A stretch of 63,645 nt of DNA, the filler included, from Globobulimina sp. (lineage: Eukaryota): NCBI GenBank assembly GCA_003354225.1. It is 42 parts of 42 records of this genome, joined end to end, with 100 filler letters (N's around TTAATTAATTAA, not from the genome) between each part and the next. Parts side by side here need not be neighbours in the genome. Positions count along the whole stretch, not along the records: positions 60,712 to 62,128 come from PIVH01017018.1; positions 62,229 to 63,645 come from PIVH01017019.1; 40 more parts are not named here. One strand, given 5' to 3'. Both the position numbers and the translations under genes were made by a program. Positions 60,713-63,645 of the stretch are shown here, piece by piece (positions within the stretch are counted from its first letter, which is position 1; each line of letters opens with the position of its first letter). The notes under the pieces were generated by a model. That model made no database searches. It had not been told where the DNA came from and was given only the letters and a program-made list of their open reading frames with translations.

Positions 60713-61996
60713 GACATGGTAACCCCTTTTCATAGAGTTCAGTTCTATATATTTCCATTTCCCTTCTTTTCGATAGTAATATTCCGTTCTTTTTGTGTAG
60801 GTGTTGCGGGAAAATGGAGTTAAATTGGTGTTGGGTGAGACCTTAAAAGGGATATCAACTGTAGATGGCAGTGGTGATGTAGCAAAATTGAATGTGTTGA
60901 CAGAAAGTGGTTTATTGACAGAGGCAGATGTTGTCATTTTAGGTTTGGGGGTTTTACCTGAAAATGGATTGGCTAAACAATGTGGACTAAAGCTTGGAGT
61001 TCGTGGCAGTGTCGTTGTTGATGCAACGATGAAAACGAGTGATGATAATATTTATTGTGTTGGTGATGTGGTTGAAACATTTAATTTCATCACAAATAAG
61101 CCGCAAAACTTAGCTTTAGCTGGTATGTATACGTATCTTTAATATCATTGATATCAAGGTATGTATACGTATCTGCAATTTTGATGTTTTTAGGTCCAGC
61201 ACAGCAGCAAGCTCGAATTGCAGCTGATAATATAACTAAAATCCGAGACATAGATTATAAGTTCCGTGGTGTTCAGGGTTCCTCTGTGTGTCAGATATTT
61301 GATCAAACCTTGGCCTCAACGGGTCTTTCGATGAAAATGATAGAGAATAAAGCGAATGTCTGTGCGATATATGCCCATCCAGGACACCATGCGGATTTTT
61401 ATCCAAATGCAACAGCATTACATTTAAAATTAATATTTGATAAAAGTAATGGTAGAATATTAGGCGCTCAATGTGCTGGAAAAGAAGGTGTGGTGAAAGT
61501 GATTGATTGTATTGCTGTCTTTATCCAAATGAAAGGAACCATCGATGATTTAGCGCATTGCGAGTTATGTTACAGTCCGCAGCATGGCTCGGCGAGAGGC
61601 GCTGTTAACATCGTGGGTCAGTTAGGGATGAATATATGTGAAGGACTGATTGTTTTAGCGGATTGGGAGGAAATTTTGGATGGTGATGAGGTTTCATACA
61701 TTTTAGATGTGCGGGATGAGAAGGAGTGTAAATTTGATCCATTAGAAGCAAGCCACAATGGCAATATTAAAGTTTTGCATATTCCGATGGAAGAACTAAG
61801 AGAACGGATAAATGAGTTGGATGAGTTTAAAGCAAATGGAACTACGTTGAATACCATGTGTGCGGTTGGGAAAAGAGGATATGTGGCGGCAAGATTCTTG
61901 ACGCAAAATGGATTTAATGCTAAATTGTGTAGCGGAGGAATTACTACTTATCACATGATACAACATTCGGACGCATATCATAATAAAAAAAAATAA
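60713..61996 (+). CDS. CoA-disulfide reductase / NADH-persulfide reductase with C-terminal rhodanese (spliced, 5' partial)
   Basis: Exons 60713-60736, 60801-61122, 61194-61996; TSDDNIYCVGD, LALAGPAQQQARIAADNI, HHADFYP, GRILGAQCAG, ELCYSPQHGSA, ILDVR, CAVGKRG, SGGITTY. Confidence 0.92.
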
Positions 61997-62468
61997 ATCA
62001 TCAAATCTTCATACAATACTATTCATATATTTTAATTTTGTCCCAATGAAAACGTTTTGACATTTGATACCATAAACATGTACAAATTTGGGTGTCAAAG
62101 CGTCGGATCTGGAGGCACTGTACTCTTCNNNNNNNNNNNNNNNNNNNNNNNNNNNNNNNNNNNNNNNNNNNNTTAATTAATTAANNNNNNNNNNNNNNNN
62201 NNNNNNNNNNNNNNNNNNNNNNNNNNNNTACTCGCACAGTGCCTGTAATACTAATTTTCTATGGCTCCATCGCATACAAATAGGTGGAAACAAAATATAT
62301 TGATAGGTGATAGCAACGTTGTACATATCATAATAATAACGTATTGTGTGGATTTCTATCACTTTCTAAGGCTACTTTGCCATTGACTATATGTGTGAGA
62401 CTGTGCTTCTGTGCTTCTTGCTTCTGTGCCTCCGGGTTTCTTGCCTCTGGGTCTATCGACCCGCAATG

Positions 62469-63280
62469 CTACTGTGTTGCCCCCTCTATATATGTTTTAT
62501 AATCATTGCTTTGAGGCGTTTTATTGGATATATGTTGTTTTTTTAGGTTATATATCTCAAAGATGTCATTGATTTGGTAATAATATGCCTGATTATCATA
62601 TATTACATCAAATTTATTTATCCTCCTATTATTTACTAAACGCCTCTTTATTTTTCTTTGTCTTAATTTGTTTTTTAATAGCCATGATTGTGTAATGATC
62701 ATATTTTTCAATGTCATATCAAATCCATTGAATATTTTCTTATATTCTTTGATCATTGCTTTATAATTCATATTCTTTATTCGATTAATCCCAAATAAAA
62801 TATGTCGTGGTTGTTGTATACACTCCTATCATTTTTCTCATTGCGTATGATAGCCATTTCTCATATTTACTTATTTGCAGTTCATTCATTTTTATGATTG
62901 CAAGACCATAGATATTCATTCTTGACATTATTATCGATATCTTTGTTTTTATGCTTACAATTTGTGTAATACTATGTGGTAATGATAGGATACCACCATA
63001 CGACGCAGATATGATTTTATTTAGGTGATATTCCCATACAAATTGCTTTTTTTTCTCATTAAATTGGATGTCTAATCCTAAATATTAAAATTTTCCTTGT
63101 TTTGGGAGCACTTTTAGTTTTTCATCGTCGATTGTTATATCAATTTTATTATTTTCGTACAATTCATATTCATCCTGTTTTAGATACATTGCATTCATTA
63201 CGATTATTACCGATTTCGCAATTTTTATTCTGGCACCAATAGGTCTCAATTCTTCAACTAAATGATTAATATTTATATTT
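62469..63280 (-). mobile_element. Decayed non-LTR retrotransposon, RT C-terminal/thumb region
   Basis: IGARIKIAKSVII..IDDEKLKV..F*YLGLDI (FKYLG motif broken by a stop), then a frameshift near 62800. Confidence 0.6.
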
Positions 63281-63286
63281 AAGTAG

Positions 63287-63533
63287 CCAATAATTTCACA
63301 CAAAAACAACTGCAAAGCGACCAATAATAAAACACAAAAACAACCGCAAAGCCACCAATAATATCACACAAAAACAACCGCAAAGACACCAATAATATCA
63401 CACAAAAACAACTGCAAAGCGACCAATAATAAAACACAAAAACAACCGCAAAGCCACCAACAATGAGAGATAGAAAACAAACGCAAATCCGCCAACAATG
63501 AGAGACAAAAACAAAGACAAATCCCACCAATAA
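63287..63533 (+). repeat. 34-nt tandem repeat, about 7 units
   Basis: Consensus ccaataatatcacacaaaaacaaccgcaaagcca; the last two units diverge. Confidence 0.92.
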
Positions 63534-63559
63534 ATATCTTATTTTGGTAAACAACGAAT

Positions 63560-63629
63560 TGTCGCATAGCTCAAGTAGAGCACTGCTTGAATGTAGCCAG
63601 AAGATTCAGGTTCAATTCCTGAGGCGACT
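63560..63629 (+). tRNA. tRNA pseudogene or tRNA-derived SINE head (isotype unassignable)
   Basis: D arm gctc-aagta-gagc, T arm tcagg-ttcaatt-cctga, acceptor gtcgc/gcgac; anticodon arm irregular and D-loop GG absent. Confidence 0.55.
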
Positions 63630-63645
63630 TATTTATAAATCAAGA

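Noticed and set aside
17133-63087. Alternative genetic code or RNA editing to explain in-frame stops (17133, 46802, 48640, 56022, 63085)
   Set aside because: TAA and TGA end conserved genes at the expected place (ArgRS, RPL26, AGC kinase) and TAG ends other long ORFs; long ORFs lack internal stops; frameshifts also occur, pointing to decay or error.
63287-63533. 34-nt repeats as a CRISPR array
   Set aside because: Units are head-to-tail with no unique spacers and no cas genes; ORFs over them are repeat artefacts.

Overview
This window is not one locus. It is 42 unrelated short contigs (about 1417-1419 nt each, in descending length) joined by 41 artificial 100-nt spacers (N-run + TTAATTAATTAA + N-run), so adjacency across spacers means nothing. 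Most contigs come from an AT-rich protist with short GT-AG introns (mostly 56-90 nt); foraminiferan/rhizarian affinity is my inference from gene style, not proven. They carry mostly partial genes: dynein heavy chain, ArgRS, RPAP1, PCH2, a CDK, RPL26, RAE1, a WDR7-like protein, RasGAP, TBC RabGAP, CorA, S10 carboxypeptidase and others, plus DIRS/Ngaro, LINE, gypsy, Helitron-like and foldback relics. Two contigs are bacterial (RAYT with a REPIN; AAA-DUF4143 with an MNT/HEPN pair) and one looks like a giant DNA virus. The best candidate for new biology is an intron-containing, bacterial-type CoA-disulfide/persulfide reductase-rhodanese fusion (60712-61996). Other candidates are a secreted violaxanthin de-epoxidase-like lipocalin, a PTS2-tagged NAT16-like acetyltransferase and a signal-peptide P-loop GTPase. 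Several abrupt gene-to-gene junctions suggest amplification chimeras. All family calls come from motif recognition by eye; no database search was run.
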